A DNA stretch of 64,000 bases. It comes from Mytilus californianus (taxonomy: Eukaryota). The stretch is from positions 100,626,001-100,690,000 of the forward strand of contig NW_026262734.1 of NCBI RefSeq assembly GCF_021869535.1, in the 5' to 3' direction. Of this stretch, positions 50,065 through 63,086 are shown in pieces (the first letter of the stretch is position 1; each line of letters opens with the position of its first letter). Made by a program: the position numbers and the translations under genes. The notes beneath the pieces were generated by a model. That model saw only the letters and a program-made list of their open reading frames with translations, searched no databases and was not told the origin of the DNA.

Positions 50065-50320
50065 AAAATTAAGAGATTTTGTAATAAAGTTTTCAGTAAG
50101 CCAATAAAGATTGTTAAGTAAAATGTCTCTACATGTAGTGTATTTTGGGCAAAAGAAAATTAAATGATGAACATCCTCAATATCAGACCCAAAGGATCCA
50201 GTATAATGTTAGCTTTGAAAAGGTCAGAGTTCAAGATTATATTAAAAGGTCTAACAGATTTCTAGTACCTTCATAAAGTGTTATTGCTACCGGCACGGAT
50301 GATCATCACCATCAAACCTA
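50065..50320 (-). mobile_element. CR1/L2-type LINE C-terminal fragment, interrupted by the Penelope-like insertion
   Basis: IEDVHHLIFFCPKYTTCRDILLNNL CCHC-type motif. Confidence 0.6.
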
Positions 50321-53300
50321 AGTCATCATCACAGAAAAGATGTTTTGCTTCTTTTTCTTTTCCTCCTTTTCCATTCTTCTTGTTCTTTTCTTCTTTTTAT
50401 TTATAGTTCGTATAATATTTAATGAATTTGTTCGCTTTACATGCATGCTAATAATGTTATTATTGTATATATACTTGTATTGTAATATAGAGAAGATTTC
50501 ATAAGTATGATTTACTTGTGTCCCATCCATTTTGCTGATATTTAGGAAATAAAATATGCTTAAACTAATTGATAATGACTCACGAAGAAGGACACGGACC
50601 TTTTCGTTTCTACTTTATAAGTTCTGTTATTTATAGACTATCAATTTATAACAGTCGTTTAAAAAGCTTGTTTTTTTAAACAGTTGAGAGCGAACATCCT
50701 TAACCTAAAAGTAGACTGTTTTTGACTTCTTCAGATATTCCTGATGTGTATTTATAGAAGTTTAACTATGTAGTTGTATATTTGTTGTTGTTAGTATTGG
50801 AATAACCTTCAGTTTGAAAGTTTTCATTAGAACGACTTCATGTTTTACCATTCCTTAATATTTTTTGTTGATCTCGGTGGTTTTTGCTCAAATTTGCACA
50901 AAGATCAGCAGCTACTTTCTTACACCTTCCACCATCACTTCCATTGAAACCATGATCACTCTTACTTCCAACTTCATAAGCTCGAAACACCTATTTAAAG
51001 TGAATCAGCAAACTTAACCTAATATAAAGCACCGTGGAATCGTTTGACAGCTAGATCGACGAAATCATATTGAAATGACGTCTACCTCGTCTGGTTTTTC
51101 TTGTGTAACTAATTATTTGATATTATAACCGATCTTCGTTTACACACCGAGTTTTTTATATGTATAAAAACTCTGAAACTTGTAATCTGTATTTTAGATC
51201 CGTTAAAAGTGCTACAACAAGATCAAGATACAATTTAGAGGAAATTCAAATATTACGACCAAAGAACAACATGAACTTTAAAAACCTTTACCCATTAAAA
51301 TAATGTGTGACTTGAACTATTCTTTGTGTTCACCTCTCAATCACCACAAGTATTATCCCTGAGGACAAAATTCGAATGCTTAACACCACATACGATCTAT
51401 TCTAAAATCTTGATGGTAGTCAATCGCGTAGTAAAGTATCTTCTTAAACAAAAACTGAAACACAGTTTTAACATTACTTATCTTACTGTTTGAAATAAAG
51501 AATAAAGAGTAGTGTTTAGGAGGAAACGTTTGGATCAAAATGGGACGAAACTGCATAATAAATATAATTTTTATAATATAAAATTCACTTCACCATCAGA
51601 ATTGTTATAGCGTATAGCAAGAAGCCTTGCAATTAGATCAACTGCTGTTGATAAGGATAATAAGTTTGAGGCCTTGTATTATTCAGTTTGTTCTTATTTG
51701 TTCAATCATTCAGTCTGGTACATGTATATTATAAACATTCCTACATGAAAAATATATATATATGTGTGTGTGTGTGTGTGTTTACGTGAATAAAACATTG
51801 ATAAAACTTCACTTTTTTATCCTGGACTTCTTCATTTTTCCCCTCGTACTGTTATATGTATCTACATTCGGTTCCGTTCGGTATTTCAGAAGGGCAATTA
51901 AATATATATATATAGATTCTTACATTGATACAAGTGGATTATCAAATTTATCCAATTGAGATAGTTTAAAAATTCGAGAATTCACTATTGAGATTGTATA
52001 CATCCGATAATCCACAAGTAACATTGTAAGAATCTGTTGCTCTAATAATTATCAAATACATTTTCATTTTTGATAAACGAAACTCCCCTCCGAGCTCCTT
52101 CCACATTCAAAATTTCTACTTCATACAAATGTAAAGATGTCAATTTCTCAAACACCTGTTATCACATTTCGATTCGTCAAGAGAGCTGATAAAGGTTGTG
52201 ACCTTTTAACTTAGCCAATCATCTACTGAGATCATCGACAACCACACGTTGATTAATTTTGGTTAAAATTTTAAACAATGGGTCCAGAAACGGTTAAATT
52301 GCCAAAGAAGTAAAGAAAAACATTTATAATTAAAGTACAGTTCTTTACCGAGTGTAACCATCAACTCTGATTCATGCATGTAACAACGCAGAAACAAGTA
52401 TGATAAAAGTGCGCAGTTGCGATAGGAATTTCTGCAACCTTTTGATAAACCTTATTTCCGAAACGTATATAGGTATTGTCAAGAAGAACTTTTACAGCTT
52501 TAAACCTCTCGTCATTGTTCCTATATGTATACATAGAATATTTACCTTATTCATACAGAGGAAGAGTTAGGGCAAACACATTTGCAAATCATTTTTAAAG
52601 GACCATAAAATTAAACAAATGTTTAATAAGATTGTGCTGATTAATATATTTACAAAGTTAAGCATCACTATTGTTAACATAATTTAAAAAGAATTATATA
52701 CAACTCCGTTCTTGTTAGAAGTTCAAACATGTGGTTAAAAATGGCCTAGGAACTCTTTCATAAATACATTGCAAAGCTTATTTTTATGAGATAAACAATT
52801 GCAGTTCTCTATAAATGTGCGGAATACTTCGCCATACAGAAAATGGGTCAGGATAGGATAACATTTCGACCTATAGCTTTTATTATATTAGCACGTCAAA
52901 TCCTGCTAAAAGTACTCAACCGATTCATTTTTGAAAACATTAATACATATTCGAGCTGCATATGATTATTAGATTATTAAATCAATTTTGAATATTCAAC
53001 AATTAATCCACCAATCCAGAGGTTTTCGCATGGCTATCGACTATGATTTACAGTACGCTTTTAAATATGTTTGTATCTCTCTATGTTTTACCTTACCTTT
53101 TTATTTTTAGTTTTTCTGTCTTTTTCCAAGACAACATGGACAATGCATTACAATATTACATAGCAGTCGTATCGTGTTCAAAATAGCAAACATAATTACA
53201 CTTGTAGTAAAAACAAATTAATTTCTTATTTCTAATTTATTCAATGTGTGATTTGATTATTTTTTTACATATATTTCATATGGAAAACCAAGAGACATTG

Positions 53301-53709
53301 TTTTGATACACAAGCATTTAAAGCGAGATTCATCATGTTTATTTGAAATGTTTGCGAAAAAAACAAATGTAAACCTGTGTGGAACGCAACTAAAAAATAA
53401 CAAAAAATTCAGACTAGCTTTTCAGAGTAGTGTCTGTCAGATATAAGTGTATATGCAGGAAACTAGGGTTTGCAAATAAAATATTTAAATGCATAGCCTA
53501 GTTTTCTGGTTTTCAAATCTTAAAACTTCATTAAGAAGATGCAAGGTAAAATAAATAAAAACAATGTTTTTTTAGGTATATTAATTTATATAACTACAAC
53601 AAAATTGCAAATGTCTTTAATTTGTTTAAGTTGTACATAGTGTTGTTGAGAATCTCCAAATTCTGTTCGTTCGGTCATCATACCCATTAAGACAGTTGAC
53701 ATCAATATG

Positions 53710-53756
53710 CTATCCAAGTATGACGACTTGTAGAACACAAATAACAACAACGATAG
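53710..53756 (-). CDS. Terminal exon of putative GPI-anchored protein (hydrophobic tail)
   Basis: tatattttgcttcag|CT ATC GTT... gives (A)IVVVICVLQVVILG*. Confidence 0.7.
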
Positions 53757-54657
53757 CTGAAGCAAAATATAAACATACAATTATATCACATGTATGTTTC
53801 ATTATAATACGTTATTTTGATTGGTTAACAGCAATCTTGCGTCATTCTGAAACTAACATTCATTTCAAAATGAAATGTTATAATCATGATGACACGAGCT
53901 TTCACAATAAAGTGCCCAGGTAAATAAAAGAAAAACTTGATAGAAATCGTGTTTTCATGATCCTAGCAAAAACATGTAATTATAAGTATTTAATGCTTCA
54001 TTTAGTAATTTTATAGGGTTGTAAAAGCGTTGACCGTGCGCACATTTTTAGAATGAAGCGCTTCCACTATAAATTTACAAAACGAAGCATTCAATTCTTA
54101 AATAAATATCACATAAAGAAAGTTATTGCAATATATTTTCATACATAAATTCCTAGACCTAGTGAAAACATAATGGTTAAATAGACAGTATGCTAAAAGT
54201 ACCGTATGTTCATTTCAATGTGTCTATTTTGTATGTGACATATATGTATATAACTTTTCGTATCACATGGAAGAATTGCATGTATGCTAATGCTTACCAT
54301 ATAAACTATTTATACTGTTATAAAGATTACACATATTTTATTGTTTAAAATGGCAAATACGGTTTTATGAATTCAGACCAAGTACGTGTATGCCATTCCA
54401 TACTATATACACAACCTACAGTGGTATCCAATGGAAATAATTTGACCAGTGCTAGATATGATAATTTCCATTAATGAATTTTTTAACTGATAAATCGAAT
54501 AGTATCGTGTTTTAGTGTGTTGTAACTGTGAGTTTATTGTAGTGAGCATAACCTTTTCACTATTCTCAGTTGTCTACGACGAAACACGTGTTCTCGTCCA
54601 ATCATTAAATGATAATTAAAAAAATGACTTCCTGTGTCGAGTGAAAAGGTTTAGAAA

Positions 54658-54984
54658 TTGTTTAAATCTTCATGCTTCACATGTGCCTGTATCGGACATA
54701 TAATACTTTTGTGACGGATTAGAGATTATAGTCCAAGGAATTGTTTACATCTTCATGATTTACATGAACCTGTATTGGACGTATAAAACCTTTGTGACAG
54801 GTAAGAGATTATAGACCCAGGTATTGTTTACATCTTCATGCTTTAAATGTACCTATATCATATATCGGACGTATAAAACCTTTGTGACGGATTAGAGATT
54901 ATAGTCAAAGGAATTGTTTACATCTTCATATATACTTTACTTGTACCTGTATCGGACGGTATAAAACCTTTGTGACGGATTAGA
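54658..54984 (+). repeat. ~83-90-bp tandem repeat x~3.8 (intronic)
   Basis: TTGTTTACATCTTCATG...TATAAAACCTTTGTGACGG units at 54658, 54741, 54824 and 54914. Confidence 0.9.
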
Positions 54985-55042
54985 AAAAGATCAACGAAAA
55001 AAGAATTGGACAAGTTCAAATGCACTGAGCATTTGTTTGATA

Positions 55043-55247
55043 GGACCGAAGTGGTCTAAGTAGTAGAACTACTATATCAGAGGCTAGTCAACACTGTGGC
55101 AACAGATGCGCTCGACTGCAATCTTAACTGACGTGGATTGTTAGTTTAGGTCTGTGGTTCTCTCTGGCTTCCTCCACCAATAAAAACTGATCGCTACGAA
55201 ATAGCAAAGAAGTGCTGATAGTGGAGTTAAACTCCAAGCAATCAATT

Positions 55248-55294
<47 letters not shown>

Positions 55295-55297
55295 TAA
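55043..55297 (+). mobile_element. Degenerate SINE with expanded (AATC)n tail
   Basis: GTGGTCTAAGTAGTAGAACT...GGCTTCCTCCACCAATAAAAACTG...TTAAAC followed by about 14 AATC units. Confidence 0.8.
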
Positions 55298-55913
55298 TCT
55301 ATGATTGGACCAATACCTAATATATTTTTGTATTTTGAATATCCGTTTATGTAGATCTCTTTTCCACACATAGCTCTCACGTGTTTAGGAACTTACATCG
55401 ATGGCTTTCAGTGGTTTTTGGTATAAGCGTTCCTGATGAAAGTAAACTCAGAAAAACGTACGGATTTTTTTTTTCATTTCTTTTTGATAATGTTTTCTTA
55501 GGTATATGACCAAAAACTATGAAATATCAATGGAACGTTTTTGTCGACCATTTTCATGAATATATTATAAGCTGCTTAATAACCCCGATGATATATAATA
55601 GGTTTCACATGAATGCTTAAATATCGATCATTAAATTGCTTATGATTCCAAAAATTATTTCCCTTATTAGTCAAGGTCTATCTCCCTAAGGAAAGGCATG
55701 CCTAATGTGCCTTGGTCGGAAATCTGTAATTTTTAAAATTTTATTTTTATGAATAAGCTGACATATTGTTACTCGCCTCAGGAAAATGTAACTACAGATT
55801 TTTATCTCTGTAAACACTGCACACAGCAAGTTCTGAACTCTTTTTTCATAAAAGTGTATCGACCTAACCCTTACATTTTATTTTTCAAAACTGAAATAAT
55901 ACTTAATCCTTAC

Positions 55914-56135
55914 CTCTCATTTTCAAAGACGAACTAAAAGAACTATATGCCAAATCTGTGTCCAATGTTTGATCTGTAGACTGATAAGTCGAAGTAGGTA
56001 CAGTCACATTGGGTGTATTCTGCAAAATCGAAGGTGAACTTTTCGAAGTACTCTTGATTTCTACAGACCAGATGTAAGGACATTGGCAATTAGGCTGAGA
56101 CGTGTACCCAATAGATACAAATGCCCCATCTGTAT
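55914..56135 (-). CDS. Exon 3 of putative GPI-anchored protein (CQC motif plus Ser/Thr-rich stalk)
   Basis: gcattttttag|AT ACA GAT...ATG AGA G|gtaagg. 222 nt, phase 1-1, open. Confidence 0.8.
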
Positions 56136-56702
56136 CTAAAAAATGCATTTAGACTAATTATTAAAATTTGATTTCATACCATTTGAATATTTTCAATTTT
56201 AAAGTACTTTTTGTCGATTTATACATTGATGTGTTGCGAAGGCCTATATTTTGTTTTATTCACACTTGTATAACAGAACTACTGTTATGTTGTATTTTGC
56301 TCACTCGCCAAAATACCTTATATTGTGACTCGCAGCTGATAGTTTACAATATCAATATACAGACAACCTGATAATCAGTACTTGCCGTTACCACAATCCC
56401 GTCCTCTATAACATGTATGTGACCTACCGAATTTGACTTATCACCAGGTTTGTACTTACATAAGCAACAGACATGTGTCACATGTAGGGCATGATCTGTT
56501 TATCCTTCTAGAGTACCTGAGAACTCCCCAGTTTTTAGTGAGATTCATTTTGCTTAATTCTTAGTTTTTTATGTTGTGTTTTGCAAACTGTTGTGTGTCT
56601 TCTGATCGTTTTCCATTTTTTTGACATGACTTTGTTAGTTTGTCATCGACTTATAAACTTGATTATCCCTTTAGTACCTTCGCTTCTCTTTAAAAGTTAA
56701 TA

Positions 56703-56885
56703 CTGTAAACCAACTAATTTTGCGGACGATTTATTTTCGCAACTATTACGAGCATGTAAATCGTCGCGAACATGCATAACTTTGATATTTTCTTAATTAA
56801 CTGCATGAATTAATTAAAAAAAAAAAAACCCGCCAAATTAAATGGCCGGCTAGAAAGGGCTAAACGCGAAAATAAGCTAGTTTGC
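56703..56885. mobile_element. TACTGTAAAC-type MITE, right end degenerate
   Basis: Same family as 60807-60994. Confidence 0.6.
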
Positions 56886-59250
56886 TTTCTTTAATAACTT
56901 AAAATGAGACTTGTCAAGAAAATGTAAATTTAGATGTGGTATAATTGCCAACAAGAGAACTATCCAACATGACGTGGATATAAGTAAATAAAGGTCAGAA
57001 TAGGCACCGTACGGCATTAAACAATGTGCAAAACACACACCGTTTGTCAAGCCAAGCCTATTCTTATATTCCACATATATTTTTTTCTAAAATGTATTAC
57101 TTCTATTGCCACTTCTAATAATTTGCTACTATCTTTGATAATAATTACTATAATTACTTTACGCACAAAACTGGTCTGTTATTATTTTGGTTTATTGTTT
57201 TAGCATAAATGATGCATGATGCCGTTGATTTTTCTCTTGTGAATTGTTTTATATTTTTGTCATCCCAGAGCCTTTTACATCATACTCCACGGTATGGATT
57301 TTGCTTATTGTTGAAACTCACCTTATAACTGCTGCAGAAAAATAGAAATAACCAATTAATACAATACATTTTTATCTGTGTCATCTATTACATATAGCCG
57401 ATGTGAGAAGGCCGTCCAGGTCATTTGGTCTATAGGGAGTAGTTTTCATTGGCAGTCATTTTTTTTTTATAAAACCAATCCCGAAACAAACACTTCGAAC
57501 TGGAATTTGCATTTATCTAGTGCTGTTTTTTTCATCATACGTCCAATCGTAGTTTCCGTATTAATCATGATTTTGAATTTAGATGTAACGTTCCGTAAAA
57601 AAAGGCTGACGAGATAGAAGACAGATGTTTAATTGTAAAAGAAAATGACATTGTACGTGGTTACTTTAGAAGTTGGATGTAACCTTACTTGTTCTGAGAT
57701 GAATGTCAATAGACTTGTGGAGAGTAGTCTCGTTGGCAATCATACCACATCTTCTAATTATTAATCTTACTGAAGTCTAGTACATATTTTAGTTCGTTTA
57801 AATTCTCATAAAAATACTGTCTCTAAAATTAACCCCCCTTTTTGTTCTTAAAAAACATCAATCATAGAGATTTTTTATAACGAGTTACAGCCATCAGCTT
57901 TTCCGACCTACCGATGCTGTTTTCCTGTTGTCAGTGTTAAAAAAAGAGAACAATGTACGTACTTGATTTATAAAAAAAACTACCTATCTCATGTCGTTTT
58001 CCCCACGAAAGATTTGTAATAACAAAAAGACAGAATGAAAATGACGAGACTTAATTGGTTCAGATAATTGAATAACTCCACAGTTCAATTTTTCTTCCAA
58101 CATATCCAGAAGTATCATAGGAGTAATGTCTTCGTAGTTTTGGCACAGACCACATTTTTTGATAAGTCATTTCTCGCTAACGAGTTTGCCAATTTTCATT
58201 TCCCAGAGAAAGGGAGGTATGTCGCGTAGTTGAAGACGCACATTTTTATACTTAATTCCGCTAGAGGCGTGCATTTACGTATACTTAACCTTGAGATAGA
58301 AAAATGCCGAATTCTCAATTATTTAAATGTGTCATCGGAACATGCACGTCGGGAAACTACATCATCACTTAAGAAGATCCTCCATTTTGGAAAAATGACC
58401 GTTTTGAGGCGAGTCAATAAGGTTTTATGGGAAATAACTATTAATGCAATAATAAAAGTTCACTGTTCCGTTATTTCGATAGCTTTGATTTTGATGGCGT
58501 CATTTAAACGGAATCAAATCAGAAAACAGACAAGCTTAAAGTAAAAGTATCCATTGAATGAGTTATAAAAGAAACATTTTGTCGTTTTCAAAAGAAAATG
58601 TGGGTTTTTGAAAACTTATTTTCCTTTAATACCTAATGGTAAAACAATATCAGGAATAATTGTATAGTTTTCTCATAAATATGCGCATTTACATTTCCGT
58701 TTTATATATGTATTTCAAAATGTGAAATTAAAGTATTCAAACTTATAAAAAAAAAAAAAAAAAAAGACAACACAAGAACCACTTAAAATAGCTGAATAAA
58801 GGTACAAAGTTTAAGTTTTTATCATGTAATACTAATATTCGACCAATATTTGAAATGGTACAACGTACTGCTGACATGCAATTGAATTCCTCCCGAGTGT
58901 ATGTTTCACATAAATTTGGAATAAAAACCAGATTGAACTTGGATGTTTTAATGCCGACAATACTAGTTTCCGGAAATTTTACGGCTGCAAGGAGATTTCA
59001 TCTAAATTATAGAAATTCTCAATTTCAGGCTTCATAGTTCTCGAGAACAAGTACGATAATCTATGTTTTATTTTACGTTTAATTAAATATCTCATCTCGA
59101 TCTACAACATATTTCAAAATCCGTGACCCCAACATTTTTTTTTATATTTTTGACAACAGCATGATATAAACTAATATAAATTACACTTGGGAAGGTATTG
59201 TTGTAAATGAGACCCCAAACTCTACAATACATTGTAAGTGGTTGATTTTG

Positions 59251-60318
59251 AGTGACATAATGTTCAAATTCAGAGTAGGAAGGAAACCTTCCAATTTCAT
59301 GACCGGAATTGTAATGTTTTTGGGTCATTTGACTTACTTTCAACTTTTCTTGCTTCACAATAGCAAATTGAGACATTAATGTTCAAGTGACATAATGTTC
59401 AAATTCTTAGTAGGAAGGAAACCTTCCAATTTCATGACCGGAATTGTAATTTTTTTGGGTCATTTGACTTACTTTCAACTTTTCTTGCTTCACAATAGCA
59501 AATTGAGACATTAATGTTCAAGTGACATAATGTTCAAATTCAGAGTAGGAAGGAAACCTTTTAATTTCATGACCGGAATTGTAATGTTTTTGGGTCATTT
59601 GACTTACTTTCAACTTTTCTTGCTTCACAATAGCAAATTGAGACATTAATGTTCAAATGACATAATGTTCAAATTCAGAGTAGGAAGGAAACCTTCCAGT
59701 TTCATGACTGGAATTGTGATGTTTTTGGGTCATTTGACTTACTTTCAACTTTTCTTGCTTCACAATAGCAAATTGAGACATTAATGTTCAAATGACATAA
59801 TGTTCAAATTCAGAGTAGGAAGGAAACCTTCCAGTTTCATGACTGGAATTGTGATGTTTTTGGGTCATTTGACTTACTTTCAACTTTTCTTGCTTCACAA
59901 TAGCAAATTGAGACATTAATGTTCAAGTGACATAATGTTCAATGTAGAGTAGGAAGGAAACCTTCCAATTTCATGACTGGAATTGTGATGTTTTTGGGTC
60001 ATTTGACTTACTTTCAACTTTTCGTGCTTCACAATAGCAAATTGAGACATTAATGTTCAAGTGACATAATGTTCAAATTCAGAGTAGGAAGGAAACCTTC
60101 CAATTTCATGACTGGAATTGTGATGTTTTTGGGTTATTTGACTGACCTTAAACTTTTCTTGCTTCACAATAGCAAATTGAGACATTAATGTTCAAGTGAC
60201 ATAATGTTCAAATTCAGAGTAGGAAGGAAATCTTCCAATTTCATGACCGGAATTGTGATGTTTTTGGGCCATTTGACTTACTTTCAACTTTTTTGCTTCA
60301 CAATAGCAAATTGAGACA
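59251..60318 (+). repeat. 135-bp tandem array x~7.9, inside intron 2 of the GPI-type gene
   Basis: Unit starts at 59251, 59386, 59521, 59656, 59791, 59926, 60060 and 60195. Confidence 0.97.
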
Positions 60319-60806
60319 TAAATACCCCAATAAAGGATGTTTGCCCTCCTGTTTCAAAGTAACAAGCTTTTTAAAAAAAGACTGTAACAAATTGATAATA
60401 TATAAATAAAGCCTTTTTTAAAAGCAGATAAAAACAAAAGTGTTTGTCTTTGTTTTTGAGGTAAAATTAATTGACAATTTGGCGGGAAATGATTCTCTCT
60501 AGATTTTTCATACATTTAACATTGGCACATTTTTTCTTTCAAAACATGTTAATAACAAGAGTTTTATAAGATTTTGATAAAAGACTTTTTAAACCATATG
60601 TTATATTGAACAGCGATATACTACAGTTGCCTTATAAAATGTTGATTAGAAAAGTAGCACTTAGCGGGCAAAATTTTTATTCTGAATATCTGACAAAAAG
60701 TCAAAACCAAGTGTAGCGAACGTTCCTTAAATCAAACTCTACATTTTGTTGCTAGATTCATAAGTGACTTTAACTGGTCACCGTGCCTATAGAACATCAT
60801 ACAATA

Positions 60807-60994
60807 CTGTAAACCAATTAATTTTTGTGACTTTTGCGAGTAGAAAAATATCGCGAATATAAATTATCACTAATATCTATTACTCGGATCTTTCCTTATT
60901 TAGATACATCAATTAAATGTGAAAAACTGCGCAAAGTGGGCTAAAAAGTGTGAAACGCAAAATAAGGTATCCGCGAAAATAAGTTGGTTTACAG
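60807..60994. mobile_element. TA-flanked Tc1/mariner-pogo-like MITE
   Basis: TA|CTGTAAACCAA...TTGGTTTACAG|TA. Confidence 0.85.
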
Positions 60995-61079
60995 TAATCG
61001 CCAGACTATTAACCCGTTTTTCGTTGCTAATTAGACAGTTTAAGTTCGAGTGCTAGGTTTAAATCTAACTTTTGTTAAC

Positions 61080-61159
61080 CTTTCAACGAAACCACAATAA
61101 TTCCAACATCAGTTCCTGTTGGACAATTTTCATGGACAATTGTGAATTCCTGACGATCA
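61080..61159 (-). CDS. Exon 2 of putative GPI-anchored protein
   Basis: tcttgcag|T GAT CGT...TTG AAA G|gttaac. Phase 2-1, encodes (S)DRQEFTIVHENCPTGTDVGIIVVSLK. Donor is weak. Confidence 0.6.
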
Positions 61160-61394
61160 CTGCAAGACTTGTGGTTATTAATTATAAATTAATGATACTT
61201 TTGGAGTTATCATTTATTACTGTTATATTTCTATTGTTGAAGGATTTGTTTAGAATTTCTTTTTCTCTGTTATATACACAGCCTTCTAATATATCTCAAT
61301 TTTTATTTTTCTTCCACCTACTGGTAGACATAATACGACGTACAATAGTATTTATTTGTAGGTATCTTTGATGAGTTGTTTTAATGAAATATAT

Positions 61395-61518
61395 TTAAGA
61401 AATGAATGCTTCTTTTTGTTATTTTATTGGGGTGTAAAAGTGTTGACCGAAGCACAATTTGTATGATCAACACTTTTACACCCCAATAAAATTTCAAAAA
61501 GACGCATTCATTTCCTAG
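61395..61518. mobile_element. Foldback MITE (~50-bp arms); relatives at about 42800-42945 and 53985-54105
   Basis: GAAATGAATGC...TTATTGGGGTGTAAAAGTGTTGA / TCAACACTTTTACACCCCAATAA...GCATTCATTTC. Confidence 0.8.
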
Positions 61519-61773
61519 AATTACACTTTTATGCTAATAAGACCATGCAAAAAAAGTGTTATCAAGTTTTTCTTTTATTTTCCTGTAGAAGCACGTGTCA
61601 TCACAAATGTAACATTTCATTTTGATATAAAGATTAATTTTTGAATGACGCGCGTTTGTTTTTAGCCTAGCCAATCAAACTAACGGATTCTCGTGAATCA
61701 TACATGTAATGTAATTATTATACTTTGATACTGTTGACAACTGATCAATTATGTTTTAGCATAGTTACAATAC

Positions 61774-61877
61774 CTGGACACAGCTTCACACCCATCTGGA
61801 CATCCATGCGTACCATGGTAGATCGACAAGAAAAGATAGTTACATATGTTTGTAGGTAGTGTTGAATCGTATTCCAT
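61774..61877 (-). CDS. Exon 1 (coding) of putative GPI-anchored surface protein: start and signal-peptide-like segment
   Basis: Strong acceptor ttttcttttctacaaacag| at 61922, short UTR, MEYDSTLPTNICNYLFLSIYHGTHG-CPDGCEAVS AG|gtattg (phase 2). Confidence 0.65.
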
Positions 61878-63008
61878 AATGTTAACTCTAAACAATCACA
61901 TTGAATACAGCCCTCGCAATGTCTGTTTGTAGAAAAGAAAAGTAATATTCGCAAAGTAACAAATGACTCAGAGTTATTTAGTTGTAGTAAAATTAAGGTT
62001 TCAACTCTCCGAAACAAAATTAGTATTATAATCATTTCAGATGAACCATAGCATTTTTATGAGCTGTAAATTTGCTTTGTCTATTCAAGTGTTAATATCG
62101 TCACGATATACAAATTTTGCGCTTACAAATCGGGACGTTAAGCTATCACAAATGAATCAATTATCCATTGCGAATAGAGATTATGCGTTTAGATTTGATA
62201 TAATATATCCTTTATACTCTCTTACACGGTTTTAAGTTTTCTGTTGATTGTTTTTCAGACTGTATTTGGCTGACGAAGGTTGTGTCTCAAGCTTTCCCTA
62301 AGAAAGTTTTTTTCAATGCTTTTTTGTTTGCTAAACTGTTCGTTTCGAATTAAATTGATGAACGTTACTCCACAAACATTTAATGTTTGTACTGAATTCT
62401 GTATCAAAATTTATCGATATTAAACTTTAACTCGGAACGGAAAAGTTGATAGATGATTTGGCTTTTCTTTGTATACTTCCTTTTCGATTTTGTATGCTGA
62501 AAAAGTTTCATGTATCTTCCTTTTTGAGAAACCATAGGTCTCGATTGTAATTCGTTCAGTATGTTCCAGGCATATGTGTCTAATACACCTAAATTGGTCG
62601 CTTTATTTCTATCAACCATTTTCACTCCCGTCATACGAGTAAATAAAATGGTGTATTTATTGTTTTTTAAATGTTTATTGGCAACTATTAGATGTATTTT
62701 CAAGACGGGAACAAATTAAAAAAACACAACACATAAGTAAGTTCTGCAAAAAAGGTGGACCAGAATGAACAGCGAGAAAATCGAACAGACATTGAAAAGG
62801 GCATGTTTGATTTATGCCACGATCAAAACGATTGATGCCGCATATGGAACATAATCTGTTTACCCTTTATCATGTTTATATATCATTATGCATAAAAAAC
62901 AGTATACATTAAAAGTATCTCTTATTGTAGTATTGTTTGTAGCATGTAGTTATAAGTTGTTGAGTAATTTGCATAGTCTTGTGAACTGTAAATTTACCGA
63001 TTGTGTCC

Positions 63009-63009
<1 letters not shown>

Positions 63010-63083
<74 letters not shown>
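63010..63083 (+). repeat. (GA)n microsatellite
   Basis: Direct reading. Confidence 0.98.

Positions 63084-63086
<3 letters not shown>

Noticed and set aside
59251-60318. 135-bp array as a CRISPR array or as a 45-aa repeat protein (one TGA per unit on the minus strand, tempting as Sec)
   Set aside because: No unique spacers. Unit 2 has an extra TAA and unit 6 a 1-nt deletion. No SECIS is linked, and the array lies within an intron.
62404-62703. 99-aa minus ORF as an upstream exon or GIY-YIG remnant
   Set aside because: No recognisable motif and no phase-compatible splice link to the GPI-type gene.
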